From the NCBI GenBank assembly GCA_038870975.1, contig JAVZJD010000002.1:352001-416000 (forward strand): a stretch of DNA of 64,000 bases, in the 5' to 3' direction. This stretch comes from Candidatus Bathyarchaeia archaeon (GTDB lineage Archaea > Thermoproteota > CALKCG01 > B24). The notes under the pieces were generated by a model that did no database searches, was not told where the DNA came from, and saw nothing but the letters and a program-made list of their open reading frames with translations. Shown here one piece after another: positions 49,582 to 59,130 of this stretch (its first letter is position 1; the number at the start of each line of letters is the position of its first letter). The position numbers and the translations under genes are program-made.

Positions 49582-50104
49582 GAAAACTTTCTGGGTATGT
49601 TTAACGTTGAGATGTGAAAACTTCCATCTGAGAAATTTAAAGTCGTCTAATGCATTTAAACGCTTTAAATCTCATGAACTACATGGAAGTACGGCTGTAG
49701 TGTATTTTAGATAGACCGATGTAGATCATACTAGGAAGAGGATAACAGCCTCCTCTAAGGAAGGATTGGCATTTTACTTTAACCAATAGTGGTTTCTCGG
49801 TTATAGATGCTAAACGCCCATTAGATGTTGGAATTGAAAACGATTAAAGTAATTTTTACAGCGTTTGAACTTCCATGATATCCGTATTGTTCTGTGACAG
49901 ATACATACTACTGTATTCTCTAGAGCCTCAGCTAAAATAGATATTTTCGCAGACCTATTTGGAAAAATTCTAAAAATATTGCTTCAAATTAGAAAATAAT
50001 CTTATTTATTAGTTTATTTAACTATTCAACCTTTATTACACGCTTATAGAGTTTTTGGTAAATCCTTTAGCATTTCACATATTCTCTCCAGAGTAGAGAA
50101 AAAG

Positions 50105-50296
50105 ATGGTTAAAGCAAAGTGCCCAATGTGCAACGAGCAAGTCGATTTAGGCAATAAACCTGAATCTGAGGCAACTATAGACTGCCCCTACTGCGGTACT
50201 ACTCTTGTTGTAAGACGTACAGGGCGTAAGTGGATCCTCGAGGTCTTCGAGGAAGAAGAGAAGGAGGAATGGGAAGAAGAGGAAGACTTATTCTAA
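50105..50296 (+). CDS. LysW-like zinc-ribbon protein with acidic tail
   Basis: CPMC...CPYCG then EEEEKEEWEEEEDLF; lacks the LysW EDWGE terminus. Confidence 0.75.
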   Translation: MVKAKCPMCNEQVDLGNKPESEATIDCPYCGTTLVVRRTGRKWILEVFEEEEKEEWEEEEDLF

Positions 50297-50312
50297 TTGG
50301 AGGTGTCTCCCC

Positions 50313-50372
50313 ATGAGCTGTACGGAGAAGAAGGAGGAGAAGAAAGAGGAGAAGAAGAAGAAAAAGAAGTAG
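50313..50372 (+). CDS. 19-aa Lys/Glu-rich micropeptide
   Basis: GGAGGTG at 50299-50305, ATG at 50313; MSCTEKKEEKKEEKKKKKK. Confidence 0.6.
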   Translation: MSCTEKKEEKKEEKKKKKK

Positions 50373-50421
50373 TGGGGTTGACCTCTGCCCCACTACACAA
50401 TCCCCCTAATTTTTCTTTTTT
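50369..50421 (+). terminator. GC-rich hairpin plus T-tract
   Basis: GTAGTGGGG (50369-50377) pairs with CCCCACTAC (50388-50396); TTTTTCTTTTTT follows. Confidence 0.55.
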
Positions 50422-50467
50422 AGAGAAAAATTATTTATGTGGCTTCGCATCCTATTAAGGTGCTTAG

Positions 50468-51187
50468 ATGCCCTTCTACATAGTTTGGGGGAAGCCCCTA
50501 CGCTTGAGAGATGTTTCATATCTTCTTGAAAGAGGATTTATGAAGCTTCATAAAGGGCTATGGATAAGTCGGTCTAATAGTATAGAGTCGGATTTAAAAC
50601 CCATCTTAGACTACTACTTTGAGTCTATTACTATTCTTAAAACGTCTAGAAAGCTTCACAAGCCCCTCATAAGTTTTGAGGAAAACATCTACAATCTGGG
50701 AAGCTTGATACTTATTGCATACGACTTGCCGTATAGTACACGTGTAAGAAAGGCTATTAGCAGACTCTTGAGAAGGAGCCCATGTTTTAAACTCGCTCCT
50801 TCCATATACCTCTTTCCTCACGCAAGGTATGAGGTTTATGAAGGAACATCCATAGTTTCACCCAGCGGTCTAATTAAAAGGATAATCCTCTACGGTGGCA
50901 GAGTAACATGTGCTTCAAGGCTTATTCTATTAAGCGATTACTCGGCGAAACATATAGTAGAGAAGAATTTAAATTTCTTGGGTGAGAGGGTTGAAAACGT
51001 TTACGATTATTGCTTAACGTTAGAGAGCGGTGAAAAGCTTATAGATCCTAAGCTTTTAAGCGAATTAAAAATTGAAGTCGCAACTCTTAAAACTCTTTTA
51101 AAGTTTTACGAGAGTGAGGTCTCGCTCAGTTTGAAAGAAATGTATTCTAAGGTCTATAAAGCCTCAAAAATTCTATCAAACTTTTAA
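50468..51187 (+). CDS. Uncharacterised protein with PaaX/Cas2-like motifs
   Basis: GFMKLHKGLWIS and LIAYDLPYSTRVRKAISRLL...KLAPSIYLFP; helical C-terminus. Confidence 0.5.
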   Translation: MPFYIVWGKPLRLRDVSYLLERGFMKLHKGLWISRSNSIESDLKPILDYYFESITILKTSRKLHKPLISFEENIYNLGSLILIAYDLPYSTRVRKAISRLLRRSPCFKLAPSIYLFPHARYEVYEGTSIVSPSGLIKRIILYGGRVTCASRLILLSDYSAKHIVEKNLNFLGERVENVYDYCLTLESGEKLIDPKLLSELKIEVATLKTLLKFYESEVSLSLKEMYSKVYKASKILSNF

Positions 51188-51320
51188 TGGGACTTAATAT
51201 CATACGTCTATCTCAACCTATCCATCTTATCTCGTAGGGAAAAACCTTATAGGATTGTATTGAGCTCAGTCGTTTGAATTCAAGCGTAATTAGAAGGGTG
51301 GCTTAGAGAGATGGGAGAAT

Positions 51321-54308
51321 ATGGGAAAGGATGTTCAAAGCAGAAAGATAGAGACGAAGGACGAAGCTGTAGGCTGGACTCTTCCAAGTCCAAGCGAAAT
51401 TCTAACCCTACCCATTAATGATCTTCTCCTACGGTTAAAGACTTCTCTATCTGGTCTTTCTTCCGATGAAGTAGAAGAGCGCTTAAAAATCTTCGGCTAT
51501 AATGAGCTTACTAGGAAGAAGAGGCGAACAGCTCTCGCTGAATTTCTATCCCATTTTCGAAGCCCTCTGCTGATTATACTTTTGATCGCCGGGTTGATCT
51601 CAAGCTTCTTTGGAGAGTATGTAAACGCCATCATAGTATTTTCAATTGTATTCGCCAGCGTTATCCTAGACTTTTACCAAGAGTCTAAGGCTGAGAAAGC
51701 AGCTGAGATGCTGAAGAAGAGGGTTGCAATTACGGCTACTGTGTTAAGAGATGGCGTTAAACGTGAAGTAAGATTGTCTGAAATAGTCCCCGGCGATATA
51801 GTATACCTTTCCGCGGGGGATATAGTGCCTGCAGACACCCGAGTGATAAATGCAAAAGACCTATTCGTAGATCAATCTGCACTGACTGGTGAGTCCTTTC
51901 CCGTGGAGAAAACGGCTGAGCCGTTGAAGTCCTTTGAACCTTCAATTACAGAGTGGCGCAATTACCTCTTCATGGGTACGTCTATCGTATCTGGAAATGC
52001 TACAGCAGTTGTAGTGAAAACTGGAAGTCTAACAGAATACGGGAAAATCGCCACAAGGCTAACGGCAAGAGAGCCAGAGACGGAATTTCAGAGGGGAATT
52101 AGAAGCTTCGGCTATATGATCATGCAGGTTACAATCTTCCTAGTCTTATTCGTCTTCCTCATAAATGCCCTCTATATGCGTAGTATCCTTGAATCGCTTC
52201 TCTTCGCTGTGGCTTTAGCCGTAGGTTTAACACCTGAGCTTCTACCCATGATTATTTCTGTAAACCTCTCCAAGGGTGCTATTGAGATGGCTAAGAAGGG
52301 CGTTATCGTGAAGCGTTTAGCCTCCATACAGAACTTCGGAAGCATGGATGTTTTATGTACGGATAAAACTGGAACTTTAACGGAGAATAGAATAAAGCTT
52401 GCACTCTATGTAGACATCAATGGGGAAGAGAATGAGAAGGTGCTGTTATACTCGTACCTAAATAGTTATTTTCAAACAGGGTTGAAGAGCCCTCTAGATG
52501 AGGCTGTGCTGAGATTTAGAGACATAGATGTGAAGGATTATATGAAGATCGACGAAGTTCCATTCGATTTTATACGTAAACGTCTATCCATTGTGGTAGA
52601 GCACCAAAACCAGCGTTTTATGGTTACTAAAGGAGCCCCTGAAGAAATCGTTAAAATCAGCTCATACTATGAGGTGGGAGACGCTATAGCCGATATGACA
52701 GATGATGTTATTCAGAAGATAAAGCAGAGGTACGTCGAATTGAGCGTAGAAGGCTTTAGAGTTTTAGGTGTAGCTTATAAACGCTTGAAGGAAGAGAAGT
52801 CTGTATACTCCGCCCACGATGAAAACGATATGATCTTCCTGGGTTTTATAGCCTTTCTAGACCCACCGAAAGAAACGGCGAAAGAGTCACTCCAGCTTCT
52901 GAAAAACGCTGGTATAGAGTTGAAAATACTCACGGGGGATAACGAATTGGTGACTAGGAAGATTTGCGAATACTTAGGCTTTGAAGTTAAAGGTGTAGTG
53001 ACGGGAGGGGAGATCGCTCAGATGCGTGACGATGCTCTTGCAAGAGTCGTTGAAGAGGCAAATGTATTTTGCAGAGTAACACCAGCACAGAAAGACCGTA
53101 TAATAAACGCTTTAAAGAACAATGGTCACGTCGTGGGGTTCTTAGGCGATGGGATAAATGATGCACCTTCGCTTAAGAGTGCTGACGTCGGCATATCTGT
53201 AGATAACGCTGTTGATGTCGCAAAGGAAGCAGCTGATATCATACTCCTTAAGACGGATTTAACCGTGCTTCACGACGGAGTTTTAGAGGGGAGGAGGACT
53301 TTTGGAAACAGTATGAAGTATATAATGATGGGTGTGAGTTCAAACTTTGGAAACATGTTCAGCGTAGCCGGTGCATCGTTATTCCTACCATTCCTACCGA
53401 TGCTTCCAATACAGATACTGCTCAACAACCTCCTATACGATATTTCGCAGTCAGCAATACCGATGGATGAGGTCGACCGAGAATACGTCGAGAGGCCGAA
53501 GAAGTGGGATATACAGTTTATACGGCGGTTTATGGTATGCCTAGGTCCTGTGAGTTCTCTCTTCGACTTCTTAACGTTCTTCGTAATGCTTTTCATATTC
53601 AATGCCTCTGAGCCGCTGTTCCAAACAGCATGGTTCATTGAGTCTCTATCTTCTCAAACACTCGTAATATTCGTCATCAGGACTAGAGTGGTACCGTTCT
53701 GGAAAAGCCGCCCGAGTAAGATACTGCTTATAAACAGCATGGCTATTATAGCTCTCGCACTCCTACTGCCTTATACGCCTGTGGGGGCGATTTTTAGACT
53801 CGTAGAGCCTCCTCCGGCATTCTTCATAGCCTTAGTGATCATTCTCAGCTCTTACTTGGCTTTAGCAGAACTTGTTAAAAACTGGTTTTACAAGAGATAT
53901 GGCTATCGCTTGGAGCAGGTTCTTGTCTTGCCAAGGGTGGTCGGTATCTACATAAGTAGAACTGCGAGGCTTATTCAAGATACAGTGGCTATTCTATGTT
54001 TAAGAACCGAGGATGAAATTTCAATAGAGTCTTTAATTGGAGATTTGAGGAGCAGCGTGGATTATTCCCTCAGCTTAGAGCAAATTTTCAACTGTCTACA
54101 TCATTTGCGCCGGGCTGGATTGATATCCATCGACTGGCGTAAGAGAACTATTAGACGTGAAAAGTCGCTTAAAGAGTATGTAGAAACGTACGTAGTAGAG
54201 GAGTTTCTACCTAAGATTTCTGAAGACTGGAGGAGGATAAGCGTATACATTAGAGGCAAATATGGTAAACTCAATACGGATTATGAGAAAATCTTGGCAT
54301 TAGTATAG
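51321..54308 (+). CDS. mgtA: Magnesium-translocating P-type ATPase with C-terminal extension
   Basis: TGES, AVGLTPELLPMI, DKTGT, GDGIND, SSNFGNMFS, FQTAWFIES. Confidence 0.92.
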   Translation: MGKDVQSRKIETKDEAVGWTLPSPSEILTLPINDLLLRLKTSLSGLSSDEVEERLKIFGYNELTRKKRRTALAEFLSHFRSPLLIILLIAGLISSFFGEYVNAIIVFSIVFASVILDFYQESKAEKAAEMLKKRVAITATVLRDGVKREVRLSEIVPGDIVYLSAGDIVPADTRVINAKDLFVDQSALTGESFPVEKTAEPLKSFEPSITEWRNYLFMGTSIVSGNATAVVVKTGSLTEYGKIATRLTAREPETEFQRGIRSFGYMIMQVTIFLVLFVFLINALYMRSILESLLFAVALAVGLTPELLPMIISVNLSKGAIEMAKKGVIVKRLASIQNFGSMDVLCTDKTGTLTENRIKLALYVDINGEENEKVLLYSYLNSYFQTGLKSPLDEAVLRFRDIDVKDYMKIDEVPFDFIRKRLSIVVEHQNQRFMVTKGAPEEIVKISSYYEVGDAIADMTDDVIQKIKQRYVELSVEGFRVLGVAYKRLKEEKSVYSAHDENDMIFLGFIAFLDPPKETAKESLQLLKNAGIELKILTGDNELVTRKICEYLGFEVKGVVTGGEIAQMRDDALARVVEEANVFCRVTPAQKDRIINALKNNGHVVGFLGDGINDAPSLKSADVGISVDNAVDVAKEAADIILLKTDLTVLHDGVLEGRRTFGNSMKYIMMGVSSNFGNMFSVAGASLFLPFLPMLPIQILLNNLLYDISQSAIPMDEVDREYVERPKKWDIQFIRRFMVCLGPVSSLFDFLTFFVMLFIFNASEPLFQTAWFIESLSSQTLVIFVIRTRVVPFWKSRPSKILLINSMAIIALALLLPYTPVGAIFRLVEPPPAFFIALVIILSSYLALAELVKNWFYKRYGYRLEQVLVLPRVVGIYISRTARLIQDTVAILCLRTEDEISIESLIGDLRSSVDYSLSLEQIFNCLHHLRRAGLISIDWRKRTIRREKSLKEYVETYVVEEFLPKISEDWRRISVYIRGKYGKLNTDYEKILALV

Positions 54309-54321
54309 ACTTGAGTCGCCA

Positions 54322-54510
54322 TCATATCCTTACTTGTGTTTCAAAGCAGAATTTATCACCTGTGTTCGACGTGTCGGGTATGTAGATCCATTTGTCGCAT
54401 TTACTGCACCTGTACTCTCTATAGGGTTTATCTACAAAGATTATCGTTCTCCTAAACAGTAGCTCACCTTGGCATTTAGATAAAACCTCGGCTTCACAGT
54501 GCTTCATCAC
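54322..54510 (-). CDS. Small putative zinc-binding protein
   Basis: 62-aa ORF with HC...C and CSKC. Confidence 0.45.
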   Translation of the reverse strand: MMKHCEAEVLSKCQGELLFRRTIIFVDKPYREYRCSKCDKWIYIPDTSNTGDKFCFETQVRI

Positions 54511-54718
54511 TCTCTATTAGCCTTTCCTATGATAAAGAAGTTAGGGGATTCTAGTCTGTTTAAAAAGATTTTAATAGCACTTGTTTTTAACTCGATTCAA
54601 TCATTTGACGAGAAAGGTGTATACATTTACAGTGTAGAAATACACCAGTATTCTAGGAAAGTTTAAACCAGCTTCTAAATTCAAAGCTTTTAAAGGGGAT
54701 GTATAACTCTTAAGCCAC

Positions 54719-55918
54719 GTGACCTTGGCAGTAAAAGCTGGGAAAATCTACACTCCGAATAATGTAGTTAGGAATGGTATCGTGGTTCTAGAGAAAGGTG
54801 TGATAAGCTACGTGGGAAATGACTTTGAAAAAGTTAAGAATGTAACGATTCTAAACTTTGACGGTGGAATGTGTGTACCTGGTTTCATAGACCTCCATGT
54901 CCACGGAGGTGGAGGCTACGACTTCGCCGATGGAAATCTAGAGGCTTTCAATAGAGTTTGTAAATACCATGTACGTGGAGGGACTACTTCACTTTTAGCG
55001 ACTGTACTATCTTCACCTGTAGACTATACGCTTAAAATCTTGGAGACGTTTAGGAAGGCCTATAATACCACTGGAGATGGGGCTGAAATACTTGGGTTGC
55101 ATTTGGAGGGGCCGTTTTTAAACCCTGATATGCGTGGAGCACATCCAGTGGAACTTCTACAAACTCCCAGTAGAGAGCTTGTAGAGGCATTTTTAGATTA
55201 TGCAGACGTAATTAGGAGGGTTACGATAGCGCCGGAGTTGCCAGGTGGAATTGAAGCCATTAAAGCCTTCTACAGTAAGAATATTATGGTGAGTATAGGG
55301 CATTCAAATGCCCCATATGGAATCGTGGACGAAGCCTACAATGCAGGGCTGAGGCATGCGACACACTTATACAATGCTTTAGGTGTTTCATTCAAACAGG
55401 GACCCTACAGAATACCTGGGGCTTTAGAATCCGTTTTAGCGTTAGATGGTATAACGGCTGAGATAATAGCTGACGGTAGACATGTTCATCCAGCTCTCAT
55501 AAGTTTAGCTGTTAAAGCCAAGGGTTTTAGAAGGCTGTGTATTGTGACAGATGCTATGAGGGCTGCTGGTATGCCTGATGGAACTTATAAGCTAGGCTCA
55601 AATGCATATGGATCTAACACTGTAGTTAAAGAGGGTGTATCTTACACGGTGGATATGCATTCCTTCGCGAGTACGACCATATCTATGGTAGATGCCGTGA
55701 GGTTTATGAGGAGTATAGGCTATCCTATGAGGACAGCCCTCTCAATGGCTACTGCTATACCTGCTAAACTTTTAGGTGTTTCAAGTAGGAAGGGCCTCCT
55801 AGCTCCCGGCTTCGATGGAGACTTAGTAGTGCTAGATAGAAGGTTTAGAGTACTTTTAACTGTCGTTAGAGGACGAGTCGTATACGCGGAAGAAAAAGAT
55901 TATATTGGCTTATCGTAA
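54719..55918 (+). CDS. nagA: N-acetylglucosamine-6-phosphate deacetylase
   Basis: PGFIDLHVHG, HLEGPF, GAHP, APE, GHSNA, THLYNA, DGRHVHP, VTDA. Confidence 0.9.
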   Translation: MTLAVKAGKIYTPNNVVRNGIVVLEKGVISYVGNDFEKVKNVTILNFDGGMCVPGFIDLHVHGGGGYDFADGNLEAFNRVCKYHVRGGTTSLLATVLSSPVDYTLKILETFRKAYNTTGDGAEILGLHLEGPFLNPDMRGAHPVELLQTPSRELVEAFLDYADVIRRVTIAPELPGGIEAIKAFYSKNIMVSIGHSNAPYGIVDEAYNAGLRHATHLYNALGVSFKQGPYRIPGALESVLALDGITAEIIADGRHVHPALISLAVKAKGFRRLCIVTDAMRAAGMPDGTYKLGSNAYGSNTVVKEGVSYTVDMHSFASTTISMVDAVRFMRSIGYPMRTALSMATAIPAKLLGVSSRKGLLAPGFDGDLVVLDRRFRVLLTVVRGRVVYAEEKDYIGLS

Positions 55919-57166
55919 AATTGCTTTAGCTACTTTCTCAATACCCTCTATTATCGTAGCTTCATCTTCATCTGTGAGTAGAGGGCTCACATCTATGTTG
56001 ACGGCTCTACTTAGGATTTTCAAAGTCTTGGGGCACATCTCTCGACTGTATTCAATGCGTTTTCCGTAGAGTGGGCATACATAGGGGCAGCCTTTGGAAG
56101 CGAAGGATATCTTATCTAAGACGGTGTCCCAGTGGTAGTATACGTGGAGGTCTTTCCTATTGGGGTTGAAGAAGTGCCAAGCACCTATATTCTCAGCATT
56201 TAAAGCTCTAGCAAAGAGCTCGGCTTTCTCAAAGCTTTCAAGGAAGATAACAACGGCTACTGCTACATCGCCTTGAGGGTCTACAGGCTTATGGACTTCT
56301 ACCCCCTCTAGTTCCGATATTGCTTTAACTATGTTGGCTTTACGTCTCCTCATCTTAGTGATTATACCATCTATTTTACGTAGTTGCGCCAGCAGTATTG
56401 CTGAGGAAACCTCGTTAAGTCTGAAGTTGAGCCCTGGATTTGGTTCACCTTTAAACCTTAAGTAGAAGGGGGCGTCGTGGAAGACTGCGGCTCTAACATA
56501 CACATCATCGTCGTTTGTAGTTACAGCTCCTCCTTCACCAGCCGTTATAACCTTGTTTAGTTGAAAACTGAATGCGGCTACTTCGCCTATAGATCCGAGC
56601 TTCCTACCTTTGTAGGAGCCGCCGCACGCTTGAGCCACATCTTCTACTACTTTGATTCCGTGTTCTGAAGCTACTTTCTTTATACGGTCCATGTCGCATT
56701 GAAAGCCCCTCATGTGAACGGCTATAACTGCTTTCGTCTTATCGGATATCTTCTTCTCTAAGTCTTCAGTGTCTATGGATAGTGTTTCATCTATTTCGGC
56801 GATTACTGGTATCGCTCTTAGAAATAGTACCGCCATAGCGTCCATTATCCAAGAAAAGCCCGGTATTATAACTTCATCCCCTGGACCGATGCCTACAGCG
56901 GCTAGAGCTGTACATAGAGCGCCTGTGCCTGAACTAACGGCTAACGCGTGTTTAACACCTATGTAGTCTGCGAAGGCTTTTTCAAATTTTTCGGTTTTAC
57001 CTAGAAATTTAGGCCCATAGTATCTAAACAGGGATTGCGCTCTTAAAACCTCTAAGACTTCTTTCTCCTCTTCATCGTCTATAAACGTCGCTCCTGGAAA
57101 CATCGGAGGCAGAGGTTTACTTCGTACGGGCTTGCCCCCGTATAGGGCTAAATCCTCCTTACCCAT
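55910..57166 (-). CDS. DegT/DnrJ/EryC1/StrS PLP-dependent sugar aminotransferase
   Basis: SSGTGAL, VEDVAQA, SFQLNKVITAGEGG, GLNFR. Confidence 0.92.
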   Translation of the reverse strand: MGKEDLALYGGKPVRSKPLPPMFPGATFIDDEEEKEVLEVLRAQSLFRYYGPKFLGKTEKFEKAFADYIGVKHALAVSSGTGALCTALAAVGIGPGDEVIIPGFSWIMDAMAVLFLRAIPVIAEIDETLSIDTEDLEKKISDKTKAVIAVHMRGFQCDMDRIKKVASEHGIKVVEDVAQACGGSYKGRKLGSIGEVAAFSFQLNKVITAGEGGAVTTNDDDVYVRAAVFHDAPFYLRFKGEPNPGLNFRLNEVSSAILLAQLRKIDGIITKMRRRKANIVKAISELEGVEVHKPVDPQGDVAVAVVIFLESFEKAELFARALNAENIGAWHFFNPNRKDLHVYYHWDTVLDKISFASKGCPYVCPLYGKRIEYSREMCPKTLKILSRAVNIDVSPLLTDEDEATIIEGIEKVAKAILR

Positions 57167-57233
57167 TGCTAATCCACACCCTGCTACCTATTTTTAATCT
57201 ACTGTTTAAAAACTTATGCACCTGAGGCGGCGT

Positions 57234-58355
57234 TCAGCATCTGAATTTTCGATCTATAATCTCGGAAACCCTCTTTACCCTGTTTACGTCTGATGGAGGG
57301 GGGAGTTCATCTGAAATCCCCAGTACTAAGTTGTCTGGGAACATCGTTATAATCTTTTCAACGAATTTATCGAATTTCTCTAGGCTTATCGCCTCTGGGA
57401 TGAAGAATATGAATGGTATCCCATCGAGTAGAACCATTTCATCTCCTAAGGTATTTTTAATATCTTCAAGCGTTATGTCTCCCACTGGTTCAACTGTTAA
57501 AGCTTCTACACCGTCTAACCCAGTCTCTTTTAGAAGTGGTAGTATGGGTTTAGCCCATCCGTCCACGTGAATATGGACATATTTACCATGCTTATGTAGA
57601 TAGTCACTCCTCTCTTGGTAGTAGGGTACACAGTATTTTTCGAACAGCTTAGGCGAAGTTATGCGAGAATCTACATTCTCACCTAGATTTAGTATTTCAA
57701 CCGGAGATGGCGCTAAAACTCTGTAGAATTTATCGTTTGAGGCTTTGATATCGTCCATCAAATCCTCGGTTTCGCTCTTATACCGGAAGAGGAAGCGTAT
57801 AGTTCTCTCAACACCCATGTAGTTTATGAATAGAGCTTGTAGGGGTGAGCGGGGGAAGAAACACCATAACACGCCACGATCTCCAAGCTTAAGCTTCATC
57901 TTCTCATAAACTTCTCTATCGAATTCTACCCTGATGTTTTCAAGAAGATACCGTAAAGGCTTGAAGTCCTCTAGACTTTTAACTGGATATTCTACGAGTC
58001 TAGAAGACAGCCCAAGTTCTCCAAGCATAGAGACTTCTCTGAGGACGCCTTTAGGCGTTTTAATATCGGTTGTTATTAAATTGCCGTTACGATGTGTCTC
58101 AAATTCTACATCCCCCTCGTACCATACTTTTATAAAGCTTTCTACGAAGTATCCAGAGTAGCATCTCCAACTTGCACCCCATTCTTCGCATATTTCCGCT
58201 ATGTCCTTATTCGCGTAGTTAGCGGGGAGAATACCCTTGGCTTTATTGTACACGTACCAGAACTCCGGCCTTATATTCCAAGGTATTTTGTCCTTAGGCT
58301 TTCTTTCGAAGACCGCTAAAATTCTCTCGCGTGGATTCACTTTTAGACCCATCAT
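57234..58355 (-). CDS. URO-D/MtaA-like family protein
   Basis: NPRERILA, SPKLFEKY, HIHVDG, GISDELPP. Confidence 0.72.
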   Translation of the reverse strand: MMGLKVNPRERILAVFERKPKDKIPWNIRPEFWYVYNKAKGILPANYANKDIAEICEEWGASWRCYSGYFVESFIKVWYEGDVEFETHRNGNLITTDIKTPKGVLREVSMLGELGLSSRLVEYPVKSLEDFKPLRYLLENIRVEFDREVYEKMKLKLGDRGVLWCFFPRSPLQALFINYMGVERTIRFLFRYKSETEDLMDDIKASNDKFYRVLAPSPVEILNLGENVDSRITSPKLFEKYCVPYYQERSDYLHKHGKYVHIHVDGWAKPILPLLKETGLDGVEALTVEPVGDITLEDIKNTLGDEMVLLDGIPFIFFIPEAISLEKFDKFVEKIITMFPDNLVLGISDELPPPSDVNRVKRVSEIIDRKFRC

Positions 58356-58394
58356 TAGAACTCGCTTATATGCGTTAATAAGTCTAACTAGTTC

Positions 58395-59054
58395 TCATAG
58401 CTGTTCTAGTGCAATGGCTCTTATTGGAAAAGAATCCAACCCCACTATGTTCACCGGAAGACCTATGAATATGAATCTACTCTTCCTAAGACTATCTAAA
58501 TTGCATAATCTCTCTACGATTGGAATGTTGTTTGAAAGTAGGTAGTTGTGAGTCGCCATCAGCTCGAGGGAACCCGTGCTTCCAGGAGCTTCAACTTGAA
58601 CTGAGTCGTCTACGCCGACCATTTTAACCTTCTTCTCAGCAAGCCATTTAGCAGCCTCCGGTGATATATACGGGCTATTTTCTCCCTTAAAATGGCTATT
58701 ACCCATGATGACTATATCCCCCTCCTTTATACCAGCTTCTTCGAGGTCTTTAACCGTTATAGGCTCACTGGCGGATTTATGAGATAAATCTACTAGAACA
58801 GCTTCACCTAGGAATGTTTCAACCGGGATTTCGGAGAGGTCTGCACCATGGATGCCGTACCTGGCGTTTACATAGTGGGATGGACATTCGACGTGCGTCC
58901 CTATATGACTCATCGTGTCTATGTCGTACATGTATTCTCCAGCTACGTATGTAAACCTTCTAATCTCAAGCCTACGTTCTTCTCTACCTGGGTGTAGTTT
59001 AAGACTTAGGTCTACAACTCTACATTCCACGTTGAAAATCCTCATAACAATCAC
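58395..59054 (-). CDS. Cyclase / kynurenine formamidase family protein
   Basis: HIGTHVECPSH, VGVD, HNYLL...IVERL, SFPIRAIA. Confidence 0.88.
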   Translation of the reverse strand: MIVMRIFNVECRVVDLSLKLHPGREERRLEIRRFTYVAGEYMYDIDTMSHIGTHVECPSHYVNARYGIHGADLSEIPVETFLGEAVLVDLSHKSASEPITVKDLEEAGIKEGDIVIMGNSHFKGENSPYISPEAAKWLAEKKVKMVGVDDSVQVEAPGSTGSLELMATHNYLLSNNIPIVERLCNLDSLRKSRFIFIGLPVNIVGLDSFPIRAIALEQL

Positions 59055-59130
59055 AGTATCTACTTGTGTGTATCTATATTTTAAATAAGACTACAGAGTT
59101 TATTGTAGCTGATTTCAGGGGATTCATCGC

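Noticed and set aside
49829-49841. GGAATTGAAAAC resembles the 3' end of a CRISPR repeat, about 600 bp from the Cas2-like gene
   Set aside because: Single occurrence, with no repeat-spacer periodicity seen
50370-50381. Possible TAG read-through (pyrrolysine-like) given the adjacent hairpin
   Set aside because: An in-frame TGA follows two codons later, and there are no pyl genes in the window
50199-50393. Minus-strand Leu-rich 64-aa ORF resembling a signal peptide
   Set aside because: Antisense shadow of the GAA/AAG-rich plus-strand ORFs, which have better RBS support
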